Notes under the pieces: generated by a model | What the model saw: only the letters and a program-made list of their open reading frames with translations | Databases searched by the model: none | What the model was told of the DNA's origin: nothing | Translations under genes and position numbers: made by a program | Part shown: positions 11,605 to 25,248 of the stretch, piece after piece | How the letters are laid out: each line of letters starts with the position of its first letter | How positions within the stretch are numbered: position 1 is the stretch's first letter | Assembly (NCBI GenBank): GCA_002269645.1 | Contig: NIVC01003865.1 | Location: 9,100-73,099, forward strand | DNA length: 64,000 nt | From: Macrostomum lignano | Lineage: Eukaryota | Direction of reading: 5' to 3'

Positions 11605-14600
11605 TGAGATCTATCCGTGTTAAAATCTCCTACTATGAGATCTATCCATGTCAAAATATCCTACTATGAGATCTATCCATGTCAAAATATCCTACTATGA
11701 GATCTATCCATGCCAAAATCTTCTACTATGAGATCTATCCATGCCAAAATCTCCTACTATGAGATCTATCCATGCCAAAATATCCTACTATGAGATCTAT
11801 CCATGTCAAAATCTCCTACTATGAGATCTATCCATGCCAAAATATCCTACTATGAGATCTATCCATGCCAAAATATCCTACTATGAGATCTATCCATGTC
11901 AAAATCTCCTACTATGAGATCTATCCATGCCAAAATCTCCTACTATGAGATCTATCCATGTCAAAATCTCCTACTATGAGATCTATCCATGCCAAAATCT
12001 CCTACTATGAGATCTATCCATGTCAAAATCTCCTACTATGAGATCTATCCATGCCAAAATATCCTACTATGAGATCTATCCATGCCAAAATATTCTACTA
12101 TGAGATCTATCGATTTCAAAATCACCTACTATGAGATCTATCTATGCCAAAATCTCCTACTATGAGATCTATCCATGTCAAAATCTCCTACTATGAGATC
12201 TATCCATGTCAAAATCTCCTACTATGAGATCTATCCATGCCAAAATCTCCTACTATGAGATCTATCCATGTCAAAATATCCTACTATGAGATCTATCCAT
12301 GCCAAAATATCCTACTATGAGATCTATCCATGCCAAAATATCCTACTATGAGAACTATCCATGCCAAAATCTCCTACTATGAGATCTATCTATGTCAAAA
12401 TTTCCTACTATGAGATCTATCCATGCCAAAATATCCTACTATGAGATCTATCGATTTCAAAATATCCTACTATGAGATCTATCGATTTCAAAATATCCTA
12501 CTATGAGATCTATCGATTTCAAAATATCCTACTATGAGATCTATCGATTTCAAAATCACCTACTATGAGATCTATCTATGTCAAAATCTCCTACTATGAG
12601 ATCTATCGATTTCCAAATCACCTACTATGAGATCTATCCATGTCAAAATCTCCTACTATGAGATCTATCTATGTCAAAATCTCCTACTATGAGATCTATC
12701 CATGTCAAAATTTCCTACTATGAGATCTATCCATGCCAAAATCTCCTACTATGAGATCTATCCATGCCAAAATCTCCTACTATGAGATCTATCCATGTCA
12801 AAATCTCCTACTATGAGAACTATCCATGCCAAAATCTCCTACTATGAGATCTATCCATGCCAAAATATCCTACTATGAGATCTATCCATGTCAAAATCTC
12901 CTACTGTGAGATCTATCCATGCCAAAATATCCTACTATGAGATCTATCCATGTCAAAATCTCCTACTATGAGATCTATCCATGCCAAAATCTCCTACTAT
13001 GAGATCTATCCATGTCAAAATCTCCTACTATGAGATCTATCCTTGCCAAAATCTCCTACTATGAGATCTATCCATGTCAAAATCTCCTACTATGAGATCT
13101 ATCCATGCCAAAATATCCTATTATGAGATCTATCCATGCCAAAATCTCCTACTATGAGATCTATCCATGCCAAAATATCCTACTATGAGAACTATCCATG
13201 CCAAAATCTCCTATTATGAGATCTATCCATGCCAAAATATCCTACTATGAGAACTATCCATGCCAAAATCTCCTACTATGAGATCTATCCATGTCAAAAT
13301 CTCCTACTATGAGAACTATCCATGCCAAAATCTCCTACTATGAGATCTATCCATGCCAAAATCTCCTACTATGAGATCTATCCATGCCAAAATCTCCTAC
13401 TATGAGATCTATCCATGTCAAAATCTCCTACTATGAGATCTATCCATGTCAAAATCTCCTACTATGAGAACTATCCATGCCAAAATATCCTACTATGAGA
13501 TCTATCCATGTCAAAATCTCCTACTATGAGATCTATCTATGTCAAAATCTCCTACTATGAGATCTATCCATGCCAAAATATCCTACTATGAGATCTATCG
13601 ATTTCAAAATATCCTACTATGAGAACTATCCATGCCAAAATCTCCTACTATGAGATCTATCCATGCCAAAATATCCTACTATGAGAACTATCCATGCCAA
13701 AATCTCCTACTATGAGATCTATCCATGTCAAAATCTCCTACTATGAGAACTATCCATGCCAAAATCTCCTACTATGAGATCTATCCATGCCAAAATATCC
13801 TACTATGAGATCTATCCATGCCAAAATCTCCTACTATGAGATCTATCCATGTCAAAATCTCCTACTGTGAGATCTATCCATGCCAAAATATCCTACTATG
13901 AGATCTATCCATGTCAAAATCTCCTACTATGAGATCTATCCTTGCCAAAATCTCCTACTATGAGATCTATCCATGCCAAAATCTCCTACTATGAGATCTA
14001 TCCATGCCAAAATCTCCTACTATGAGATCTATCCATGTCAAAATCTCCTACTATGAGATCTATCCTTGCCAAAATCTCCTACTATGAGATCTATCCATGT
14101 CAAAATCTCCTACTATGAGATCTATCCATGCCAAAATCTCCTACTATGAGATCTATCCATGTCAAAATCTCCTACTATGAGATCTATCGATTTCAAAATA
14201 TCCTACTATGAGATCTATCGATTTCAAAATCACCTACTATGAGATCTATCTATGTCAAAATCTCCTACTATGAGATCTATCGATTTCCAAATCACCTACT
14301 ATGAGATCTATCTATGTCAAAATCTCCTACTATGAGATCTATCGATTTCCAAATCACCTACTATGAGATCTATCTATGTCAAAATCTCCTACTATGAGAT
14401 CTATCCATGCCAAAATCTCCTACTATGAGATCTATCCATGCCAAAATCTCCTACTATGAGATCTATCCATGCCAAAATATCCTACTATGAGATCTATCCA
14501 TGCCAAAATCTCCTACTATGAGATCTATCCATGCCAAAATCTCCTACTATGAGATCTATCCATGCCAAAATCTCCTACTATGAGATCTATCCATGTCAAA

Positions 14601-14810
14601 ATCTCCTACTATGAGATCAATCCATGCCAAAATCTCCTACTATGAGATCTATCCATGCCAAAATATCCTACTATGAGATCTATCGATTTCAAAATCTCCT
14701 ACTATGAGATCTATCGATTTCAAAATCTCCTACTATGAGATCTATCGATTTCAAAATCTCCTACTATGAGATCTATCTATTTCAAAATCTCCTATTTTGA
14801 GAGATATCCA
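11605..14810. repeat. 31-bp minisatellite (CTACTATGAGATCTATCCATG(C/T)CAAAAT(C/A)TC)n, roughly 100 copies, NPDC1 intron
   Basis: Period 31 (e.g. units start at 11661 and 11692). Confidence 0.98.
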
Positions 14811-14963
14811 TGTAAAAGTTCACACCTTTAAGATCTCTAAATTCGATCTTGTACTTGGAGATTTATCAGTTTCAAAACCCTAACCTACAATAGGGCTTAG
14901 AGAAATAAAAGCCCTCTCCCGTGTAAGAAATTGGAGCACTAAACAGTTGCTGGCCACACTCAC

Positions 14964-15027
14964 CATTGACTAGCAGCAGCAGCAATACAACAAGGCTCAG
15001 ATTCGATAAAACTTTTCTAACTCGCAT
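14964..15027 (-). CDS. NPDC1: NPDC1 proximal alternative first coding exon (signal peptide)
   Basis: MRVRKVLSNLSLVVLLLLLVN-G|gtgagt; the phase-1 donor joins the exon at 11534 in frame (VNASSPSES). An acceptor-like TTTTTAAG lies 7 nt upstream of the ATG. Confidence 0.7.
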
Positions 15028-17449
15028 TTGCCTACTTAAAAAAAGATTGGTCAATTGTAATCTGCAAGCTTGCAAAGTAAAGCTGTTTTAATTAGAGTGG
15101 AATTATTGGTTAGAATGGACAGTTGGATTCTAGCGGGTGTCGGAAAAGCATTTAATAGCTCAGCAGCGACAGCAGCAGCAGCAGGTCGCGCACGGTCGCA
15201 AAGCCGAGATCCTGATTCATATTCGAATAATTATTGCTCCTCATCTGAGGATTCCTCTGTCGGGTGTTACTGTCGATTCTCAACAAGCTGAACTGTTAGA
15301 CACAACTATGGGGGGGACAGGAAGGCAACACTAAAGGGGAGCAGTCAACTTTCCCCTAGGGAGAGCGGTACGGCAGCAAATATATAGCGGCACTGCAACA
15401 CTTCCTGTAAGCTGGGGCAAGGGGGAGGAAATCAATCAGTTAGTTAATCGATTTTCGGATCTAGCCAAGAAACCTCTGCAACTCCCCGCCTTCCCCCCAT
15501 TGTTGAACACTGTGCAAGCGAGAGAAGAACAGGAAATGGAAAATATGAGGAAGAAAGCCTCAAAGCCATATCGATTTTCTAACCCAAGCGATTGATTTTT
15601 TGTATGCGGATTAATTTCCTCTACCTAAGAGTCCCCAGTTCGCGGTCCTGCCTTCCCCATACCTGTCCGCCTCTAAATAGTGCTGCTAATCCCTAGTGCG
15701 CGGCGTACGATTCCCCAAAAGTGCTTGACTATTACCAATCGCCAGCAGTGCAGTTTTTTGTTGAAAATAGAGAAAATGAAAAGAAAATGAGAGCAATGTA
15801 TACTAATGCGAATATACTATAAAGTCATAGGCTATTTTGTCCAGTAGTGGCAGTAGTAGGGATAAGACTCAATCGACCACTGCAGCTTTTTCTCATAGAT
15901 TTTTGCTACTACTTATAGTAACTAAATACGTTTCAGCTACCCAAATTGTTGAGCGAAATAAATTTGAAAGGAGAGAAACGAAGGAAATTGTAACCCATTA
16001 TCTGCTAAAAACTTGTTAAAGCCATATGACCCTTGAACACTTAAAACAACTGAGAAATTCCCTTAATTCTCATTTGAGCGCTTAGTCAACAGAGAACTTC
16101 TCCCTTGATTGGTTGGCTACTTGGAGAATTTCCCTCTGAGCAATTGCTCACATGAGAACTTCCCTTTGAGAACTTGGGTCATATGAGAATCCCTATTGAG
16201 CACCCATCTAAAATTTCGAAAATTGGTGTTTTATTCTATTATTTAAGCTATTGGGAAATTCAAATTCAATCGTAGAATGCAACATTTTAGCGAAAACAGC
16301 AAAACCAGATAAAAAATATTAAAGGCATAATTTATTTTATTTTGTCTGCATCCGACTACTTAAGCAGGAGAAGCAAATTAAATAACTAGACAGGATACTG
16401 AACGTTAGCTAACATCCTGGATATTATAAGACAGGATATCCCCTAGACACGAAGTCCAGGACTTGGGTAAGCTAGTCAAGCAAGCCAGCATCTCAATGGA
16501 ATGCAGCCTACTATAAAGAGAATTAATAGAAAAGACAAGCAATTCCAAAGAAACGACTGCAAATATTAATTTTCTTCGAATGTCAAGACACAAAGCTGCG
16601 ATTCTTTTCATTTAAACGCTGTAACAGGCGCGCACTGAGCCAGCTCGAGTAGAGAAGAGAGAGAGAGAGATATACTTGAAAACAAGGGGGCATTGAATAT
16701 ATGCTTTTACTGAGCACTGCTCAAACACAAGCATTTCTCTGCAAACTATTCACCTCTCTCCCTGCCTCATGCCGCCAGATGCCCCTCACCCGTACGCTTC
16801 AACTGTATTCTAGGCAGCTATTTCGCTCACTTTAATAATAATAATAATAAACTGCAGGGCCAACACGTGCAACAAAAGGCACGCACGCGCCGGCACCGGC
16901 TGCACCCTCACCTACCGCTAGCTTCGAGATTTGCGTATGCAGCCCCTCTAATCTATTATCATTATTACTACTACTATTCCATAGCCTCTAGATTGCCGTC
17001 TTGTTAGGGAAAAGGAATTCTAAATATAGACACGAGCGTGGTAACCACCACGAATTTACCGACACAAGGCAGCCGCTAATCCTAGTACTAGTAAATTAGC
17101 CCCATTTTTAGATAGCCCAGGGACTCCAGGGGCGCACTGCCTGTCTGCCTGCCCTACCTGTGCAAAGCCAGGGCCTATAGATATTAGATATAAATTTGTT
17201 TTTATCATATTTGACTTACAAAAAAACACGATCTATTATGACAAATGTAAGCCGAGACAACGAAAAACAGAACAGGATATTTAAGAAGTGTTAGCCCAGG
17301 CCCAAGCTCAAGCATTAGGATCGTGACATGGATTCAAGGCATTTCGAATTTCAACGAAAACACACTAATAACTAGGCTTATAGCCCGCAGTAGCCGTCTG
17401 TTGTTTTTCCATTTCTAGATAAGCTACTTATTATTGACAGAAAAGTAAC

Positions 17450-17760
17450 ACCATAGCGCGGTACTCAAGTCACGCACACATTTAAAAATTGCCTCACAAC
17501 CAGTGCTGGGGCAATCTGCCCATTCCGCTGACTGCTGAGCGCATACAAGCGCGCCAGTACTGTACTCAGGCTCAGGCACGCACTCATGCACACGCTCACG
17601 CAGGGTGTACAGCGGCCCTGACTTTCTGATGCTCAGACATGCACACTCTCTGTGCCCTTTGAGGTTGGCTCTTATCATCCTTATGGCTTTGAATCGCACG
17701 ACAACCTCCTCGGGCCAATTTTTGCGCACGCAAGCCACAGTTGAACCTGGGGTCATAGGC
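17450..17760 (-). mobile_element. Dispersed repeat, probable SINE, copy 1
   Basis: Reverse complement matches 61620-61790 and 39294-39410 (CATGTCTGAG(C/G)ATCAGAAAGTCAG...GTACACCCTG...GAGTGCGTGCC). Confidence 0.75.
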
Positions 17761-18317
17761 GACTAATTTATTGCAATCTCTGCCCTCAATTATCTTGTAT
17801 AAGTGAAATAAGAAATACTATTTTGAACTTCCTTGCTAGGTCTGAGAACCATTATGACCATTTGTAACTATTTCCTATCGTCCAAGCTTTCAAACATGCA
17901 TATGAGCACTAGTCTGTTTGTCTTTTTTTAGGAAGTAGTTTTCTAAAAAAATCAAAGTTTATAAATCTAAAAAATTCCTAATTTTGCTATTAAGGAGTAC
18001 CTATCAGCATGCTAAAGTATGTATTATTCTATTAGGGAGCAACCAAAACATTTGGTAAGGAAAGATTTGATTTTTAAGAAAAGAGTTTTTTTGATAGCTA
18101 TTTCTATTCTTTTTACACACATAATTGAATGCATTTGAATCAACCATTTTTACCACCCTTAAATTTTTACATTAAAATCTATAATGGACAGAAATTTATA
18201 TATAAATTGGGCTTACCCCTAACCTATGTTAAACCTTCCTAGAGTGCAGCTTATGTACTTAAATGGCATACTATAAAAATAATCACTAAGAAGAATTAGG
18301 CAAAAGCTTAGACTTAC

Positions 18318-19555
18318 ATTGTATACAAGTTGTCAGATGTTGGTCTTGTCTTGATTCTTTCGTAGGTGTAGGTGATAAATGATAACCTTCAAGACAAGTG
18401 CCACAACCGATCAAAGTAGATACTGCATCACAGCTGATTACAAATCGATGAAGAGCTTGGCAAGCTGACAATATTGGACAATCACTTAAAAAATTACCAT
18501 GATCCTTTACTTTACTGAGTTGATACTTGCTATCTACAATGGGAATTGAAAAGTATATTTAGACCAAAAATATTACTTGTAAACAATTTAAAAAAACACT
18601 GATTTTGGTTATTTTATGTTTGTTGGAGTTATAAGCCCTAGAATTAGGCATTTAACTTATTGTCTATTATTAAAAAGGTAATAAAAATAAATTATAGTAC
18701 TAGGTTTTATTTTTCAAAATTCTCTTTTTGCTTCTTATTACCAAAGCATTTTAAAATTAATTAACAAGAAGGCATATCTATTCTAATAGATAGGCCCCTA
18801 AGAAAGAGAAAAATGGAAAGGAAGAATTAAGTTTATTCTTTTAAAAAGACTATCTTAATCTTCAAAACAACTAATAACAATTTTAATTATTAGTTATATA
18901 ATAATGAAATTTACCTTCATTAATGGTTTATTAAATGTTACTATGCAATGTGGCATATAAAAATGCTCCAATGGAAATGTCCTAGTTTTGATGTTTAAAT
19001 ATTTTGATGGTATATTACAAAAAAACAATTTTATAAAGATATATTTAAGATATATTAAAGCATTAAAAATAGCATTATATATATAATAACACAATTGGTC
19101 ACCCAATATAGTAAATTTCCAAAAAAAATTGCTCAAGTAGAAATTTAAAAGGTCAATCACATTACTGGTTCTATTCTGCTGCTAGCTATAGAAATTTACT
19201 TTCATAAGCAAAGTTTAAAACTTGATCATTTTAAAGATCTATGTATATACATTTTAAAATATACTTACTTTACTGTTAGTCTGCTTGTGTAAAACTTTAA
19301 ATGAAAGTAATTCAACATCAGGAAACTAGTTCATTACCATAGGAGCATATCAATATATTGAAATTACATTGCATCATACTGTCAAAACTCAAAATAATTT
19401 AATTTAGGACATTCTACTCCAACCAATTGAATAATAATAATAAAAATGCAATCTCACAAATTTTTCTTACCCTCTATTAATTGCTCGGAATGTGCAGTAA
19501 TAGTTAGTACAAATAAGAGTATTACTTTTGTTGTTGGATTGGTAACCAACAACAT
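18318..19555 (-). CDS. NPDC1: NPDC1 distal first exons: signal peptide (19555-19471) and Cys-rich exon (18464-18318)
   Basis: MLLVTNPTTKVILLFVLTITAHSEQLIE-G|gtaaga, then gtcag|(A)CQALHRFVISCDAVSTLIGCGTCLEGYHLSPTPTKESRQDQHLTTCIQ-T|gtaagt. The 147-nt exon is phase 1-1, and its Cys spacing resembles the NPDC1 N-terminal C..L.R..C...CGxCL...C motif. Confidence 0.7.
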
Positions 19556-20936
19556 TGCATTGGGTTGAGATAGGCCTATACTGCTTATTGTACAGACGAA
19601 TCCATAAAATTCTAAAATAAATTTTAGAACTGAATACTTAGTTATTTAAACACAAAAATTTACTCTCGAATCGTCCTTACAAGCGCATTAAAACTATTAT
19701 GAGTTACCCTGATTTTTTTAATGAAATATCAATTTCCCGCGCGCGTGGGCTAAGGAGGTCCAAATTTAAACATGTACGAAAAAATTGTGGAAATAATAAC
19801 TTGTTAAAACAAAAACTGTACATAGTTAAAAACACTTCTCGTTTCCATCACCTAGCCAAAGAAAACAGTTTTATGTAAACAATATAAATATAACAGTCGC
19901 AAACAACTAAACTTTCTGTATTCCTAATCCACGAACACTATTAATTTTCGTGTTAGAGGAGAATCTGCGAAGTTTAGATCGAAAAGTTCAACACTGGAAC
20001 TGAAGTACGTAAAAATTCTCTAGGTAAAACTATAGTCCATCAGTTTCATCTCATTTAAACTGCAATCATGCATAAATTTCCTCTCCGTGAAAATCAATCC
20101 ATTAAAATCCTTTCAGTGAGAAGTGGCAAGAAATTGTTCAGGAAGCAATCTTCTGCAAGATATGCTCGGCAAGCACAATGGACTTCTAAATAATCATAAG
20201 CATAATTTTCCAGCATAATCAATATATATAATTTCATCCCCAACACCAGGGGCATTGCATTTGAACGCAGAACACTTGTCACCGGCCCACCCTTCCAATG
20301 CGCATGCATGATCTCCTCTCTACCAATTGTAAAATCATACCAGCACCCAGGGACACCGAAAAAGCTTGATTAGGATTTGTCTTGAAATTCCGATTGGAAA
20401 AAAAACCCTGCGCGGGAAAACCTCGGAAGGAAAAACTCGCGCGGGAAAACTCGGCGAGAACTTCCTGCGGGAAATTCGATCTCGTGTTCCCGCTGTTCTT
20501 GTTCTTGTAAATTTATATCTTCGATAGTTTACATTTGTACTGTACATGTACATATCTATAAAATGTAGGTATTCAATCATCCAGTCCTTTAATTGCGTTA
20601 CCAAGATTTATTAGGGTCCACATTCTGTATGTATGTCTTTCTGAGATCTGACTTTGCCTCATCAGCCGGGCTGCAAGGAATAGTTTCGTGATAAAAACGT
20701 TTTTTCGTATCTCCGCGGTGTATTTTTCCAGCAAATGGGCTCCCTAAAATACACAATCTTTGAGTTTTACATCCTATCACCAGTAGTCCTTTTGGTACTG
20801 TTTGGATAAAGTTTAATCTGATGCAACACTATATATTCTGAAAAAATGATCTATATATGTATAACATGTACAAGTGACTATTTAATTAATCTATAAAAAT
20901 ACGTTAGAAAAAAGAGAAGTCAGAATAGTATCTTAA

Positions 20937-21785
20937 TGATTTTGTCTCGCATAGAGACGCCTAACCGCAGTCACTCCTGTGAAACTTGTCTCTGCCTGGC
21001 TGAAAGCTTGTAATGAGTGAGTAGGCTGGGTTGGAGGGTAATAGTGGATCGGGAAGGGCCGTGGGTAGCTGTAGGAAGGCAGGCCTATACCTGTACCAAG
21101 GTGCCCGACGGACTCCCTCGGAGTGCCCTCTGAGCGTACAGCCAGCGACCCTATTAAAGCTGGAGTGTGCCAGAACCAGGACTGAGTCTGAGCAGGACGG
21201 GACCGTTGGCACGGTCACAATAGAAATGGCGGGTTGGCGAAGCAAAGGGTGATATAGTCCCGGCGATTAGCCCTCCTGCCGCTTCAAAGATAAGAGACTG
21301 TCTGTTGGCAAGAGTACCCGGGGTTTAGTTGGGGGGGAGGCTCCTTCGGGTTGCCACGGCCGTGGGGGGCGGTCAAATGACCGGCATTGGCTTATCTAAC
21401 CCAGGAGTAGGCACGGGCTTCCCTGAATGGTTCACTCAATCCCCTCTGGCCCCGGGGAGGTTTTTGATATGTACCCGGGGGTGGTGGGCGGTCGGCCCCA
21501 GCATGGTTGCCACGGCTCTAGGCCTTCGGGCCATCCCTAATAGGCTATGGGGCCTTCTAACCTGGTTTTTGGGCACGGGCTCCTGACTGGTTCGTCGAAC
21601 CGCTGTCACTGTCCCCCGGGGAGGTTTGGTTTTTATGTTATTGCCCTGTACAGTCCTCTATAGTCTAATTGGCTTTTAGTGTACATTAGTACACTCCCAA
21701 TCTGGAACCTAAATTATTTCTAGTGGCGTAAGAGCCTTTTTACTTAGGCTGAGGCGCCGGAGTTACTTATCATAGTCATAGTCAT
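20937..21785 (+). mobile_element. ~850-bp non-coding retroposed insertion with a 24-bp TSD and (CATAGT)n tail
   Basis: AGAGAAGTCAGAATAGTATCTTAA at 20913-20936 and 21786-21809; a GC-rich body in AT-rich surroundings; ends CATAGTCATAGTCAT. Confidence 0.8.
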
Positions 21786-21895
21786 AGAGAAGTCAGAATA
21801 GTATCTTAAAAAGTCTACCGTAGTTTGTATTAATATTAACGTGCGCACTGATTTTGTTTTATTTTTTTATCACGAAAACTTTTTAAGCGCCGGAC

Positions 21896-22247
21896 GGGTC
21901 TCCCTAAAACACGCACCGCACCGCCCCGAACCGCTACACATTATAACATTTTTGTCAATGCAGTATTTAATTGTAAAGAAAACTATTTGTTGTACGAGTG
22001 ATGGAATAAATATCTTTATTTATTATTATAAATATCTTTAATTATTATTATAAATATTGTTATTATTTTTTATATTATTGTTTTCATTTTTATTCACGGA
22101 ATTTTATATTTCATAGTAAAAAAACTTAATTTAATAAAAACTTTGAAGCTTAACAGAAAACGCATTTTGAAGTGTCTTCAGTTATAGTCCAATTTGTTTT
22201 AATGTGTAGCGCTGCAGGGCGGTGCGGGGCGTGTTTTAGGGAGACCC
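21896..22247. mobile_element. MULE-like MITE, ~47-bp TIRs, 9-bp TSD
   Basis: GGGTCTCCCTAAAACACGC...GCTACACATT and its inverse at 22201-22247; TSD GCGCCGGAC at 21887-21895 and 22248-22256. Confidence 0.85.
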
Positions 22248-24621
22248 GCGCCGGACAAACGATAACTGGACCTAATGGTTATTACAGTATTAAATATACT
22301 TAAATAAATCTGCATCTCAATTGTCAAGTCTTCAAAAATAAAGTGCTTACACAAGTTTATCGGATGATCTCTCTCAATTGGACTATTTTTTATTTGCTTT
22401 GAAACATCTCAACTAGAAATGAATATATGGTGTTAATTACTGAATCACTGAATTACTGAATAATTACTGAACTGAACAAAAATGATAGTATCAAAGTTGT
22501 TAGTTATAACAAATGGTGTTAATTAAACTGAAAAATATTTTTTTCTTTAGATTTTCGGTACTTGATTATTGCTAATTAGCCATAAATGAATAAAATGCTA
22601 TTGCTTGTCCAGATATACTCAGAGTATCCAAAATAGATAATGAATATTTTATGGTATTTTAAATTTAAATCAATGAACCAGACAGTAATTTTAGACATTT
22701 TATTTATAATATTGTTAAAGAAGTGTTAAGTCTAACCAAACACAATCTTCTCTTATCTTAAATATTAAAAAAATTGTCTATGGACTATGGTGAGAACTTG
22801 CTTGGCATAACTTTGGTTTTTCACTTTAAATTATTTTCTAGATATTTTCAAACTTTTATAATATAATAAGATTTAAACAAAGTAAAGTCACAGAATAAAA
22901 AAGTCAATAAGTCCCATAGTGTTGTATTCCAAAGCAGGAAAGTGAAACAGGTTGCTAAGTTGCCTATCTGTAAATTCCAGAAAATAACCCAGAATGCCAA
23001 GGAATAATAATGCTAGAAAATACCAGAAAATAATATTTAAAGTGAGAGATCAAAGTTATGCTAATAAATTAAGATATTGTAATCAATACTTTCTTCATTT
23101 TTTACTATTATTATAGTTTAGTTTATACTTTTAAAATAATTTATAATTATCTACTAGAAAGAATGCCTAACTAGAGTATTCATTATATTATATACTAGAC
23201 AATTATTTGAGTTTCATAATAAAAAACAAAAATTATAATTTTGTGACAGGCCTTTTGGCTCTGTCTTTCTAAACTCTTAACTATTGATGCTAGTGTTTAT
23301 TAAATATCCTACGAGCTGCCACCAAAGTTGTAACAGGCTAATTATCTTCTACTTTATCAATTTTAATAATCCTACTAAATGCCACCAAGTTGTACAGGTG
23401 TTGTTCCTGTCTGCTAACTAGTTATCTTAATTGCACTTCTATTTTCACTCCTTAACTGTTTCTTAGAATTTCATTTGAATATACTGGTAGCGTTTTATGT
23501 ATTAGTCTGGTAGCGTCTTATGTATTAGTCTGGTAGTGTCTTATGTATGGCCTGAGCAGTCTAGTACTGGTACATGAACTTATCAGATTGTCCTAGTTGG
23601 GCATTCACTAGGATTAGAGGGTCATAGCACAACTCTCGAATTTCCTTTGTATATCTCCCAATCCCTTCTCTTAGCAATTTTCTGAGCACTGTTACTCCCT
23701 CTTTCCTTAAAATAACTAACTCAATAAGATTTCAAAGTTAATCTGAAAATATAGAATGAACCAATGTTATAGCGCACAAATATTTCAAGAGCAAGAAAAT
23801 GTTACTTTTATTTGGGCAAAATTCACTCATATATATACTGTTTAGATAGCTATGTTTATAACAAAAATTATATGTCAATAATATTTTGCATAGTAAAACA
23901 AAACAGTGAGTTTATTTCTTGTTTGTGCGCAAATTCAATGTGACTATTATTAAACTATTTTTACTTGTATAAATTGCGATAATATAACAGCACTATCATT
24001 GTAGATGTTCATTAGGCACATAGAAATACTAAAAACTTATAGGAAGTACAGGCTAGCACAATTTATTAGGCTAATCTAGTAGCAAAACTAGAAATTTTTG
24101 AGAGGGGGCATATTATAAAGGTAAAGACCTAAGGGAGAGGAGCAGAACACCAGAAGAGATGGCTTTGTATTTTGGCAAAAATTATTTTGGTCCTCCCTTT
24201 GATTTTTTTCTGGTCTTTACTTAAGGGAAAAGTGACTGCCTTCCTACCTCTCCTTTAGTTGCTCCACTGGGCTAATCAATTTGTTGTTTGCTATTGATAA
24301 CTTTAGTGTCTAAGGAGTATCTTATAATTAAAGTTTATAGTAGAAGCTAATATTGTAATATTACTTATTTTATACACTTTTGTTGCTACACTTTATATAT
24401 GAGTCATGATAATAAAAATGACTGCCAGTTGATAGACAGCTACAGGTTTTTTTGCCAATAGTCTTTAATTTCTAAGTTTTAAGTTTACTGATTCTATTTT
24501 TAAGCAGAAAGCTATAGGATAAGAATTATTTTATGCTTTAGTGCATAGACTGCCAACAAGGTCAATGACAAGGTAGTAGAAGATTAGTTATTCCCATTTA
24601 TCCCATATTATCCCACTAGGG

Positions 24622-25080
24622 CAGGGCTTGGCAAACTTTGGCCTGTGAAGCTTCTCAATCCGGCCCTCGGGTCCTTTGAAACTTCACAATAGCAATCCGG
24701 CCCACTCAAGTTTGTCTCTCTTCTTATACAGTTCTTTCTCTTTCTCTCGTCTCTTCTCTCTCCCCAGCTCTCCTCTTCTATCTCTCCTCATTTCTCTCTC
24801 CTCTTCTATATCTCCTCATTTCTCTCTCCTCTCTCCCATATCTCATCTCTCCTCTCTGTCTCCCCTCTCCTCGTCCTCTCTCCTCGCTCTCCTCTTTCCC
24901 AGTCTCTTCTCTCCCTCCTCTTCTCTCCCCTCTCTACCTTCTCTACTCTCCCAATTTCTCTCATCTCACCTAGCATCTTTTATCCTTTCTACTTTTCTCT
25001 CTCATTTCCTTTCCATGGCCCGCAGTCATGAGCTGTATTTTCTATCGGGCCCTTGGGGGTAAAAATTTTGCCGACCCCTG
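24622..25080. mobile_element. hAT-type MITE with 8-bp TSD and an internal CT-rich tract
   Basis: CAGGGCTTGGCAAACT ... TTTTGCCGACCCCTG; TSD CACTAGGG on both sides; subterminal sequence shared with the 7672-7843 copy. Confidence 0.9.
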
Positions 25081-25248
25081 CACTAGGGTCTAATGAGACT
25101 TTGAGAGATAGAATATTTTTGATGACTCTATAATCATTGCCAGTCTAATAGAGTAAAATTGCCACTCTTATACGTCACTTTTATTTCAGGACTTATTTGA
25201 CAGGACTAAGTTTAAGCTCTACTTGGTTTTAACAGCCCAGCCAAGCCA

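Noticed and set aside
20094-20790. Possible additional exons (HACALEGWAGDKC...; GSPFAGKIHRGDTKKRF...) and a CTGATGAG hammerhead-like core at ~20660
   Set aside because: No consistent splice-phase chain or recognisable domain was found; hammerhead stems II/III and the cleavage triplet could not be formed.
24676-25062. Ser/Leu-rich ORF (and 60080-60433)
   Set aside because: Translation of the CT-rich tract inside hAT MITEs.
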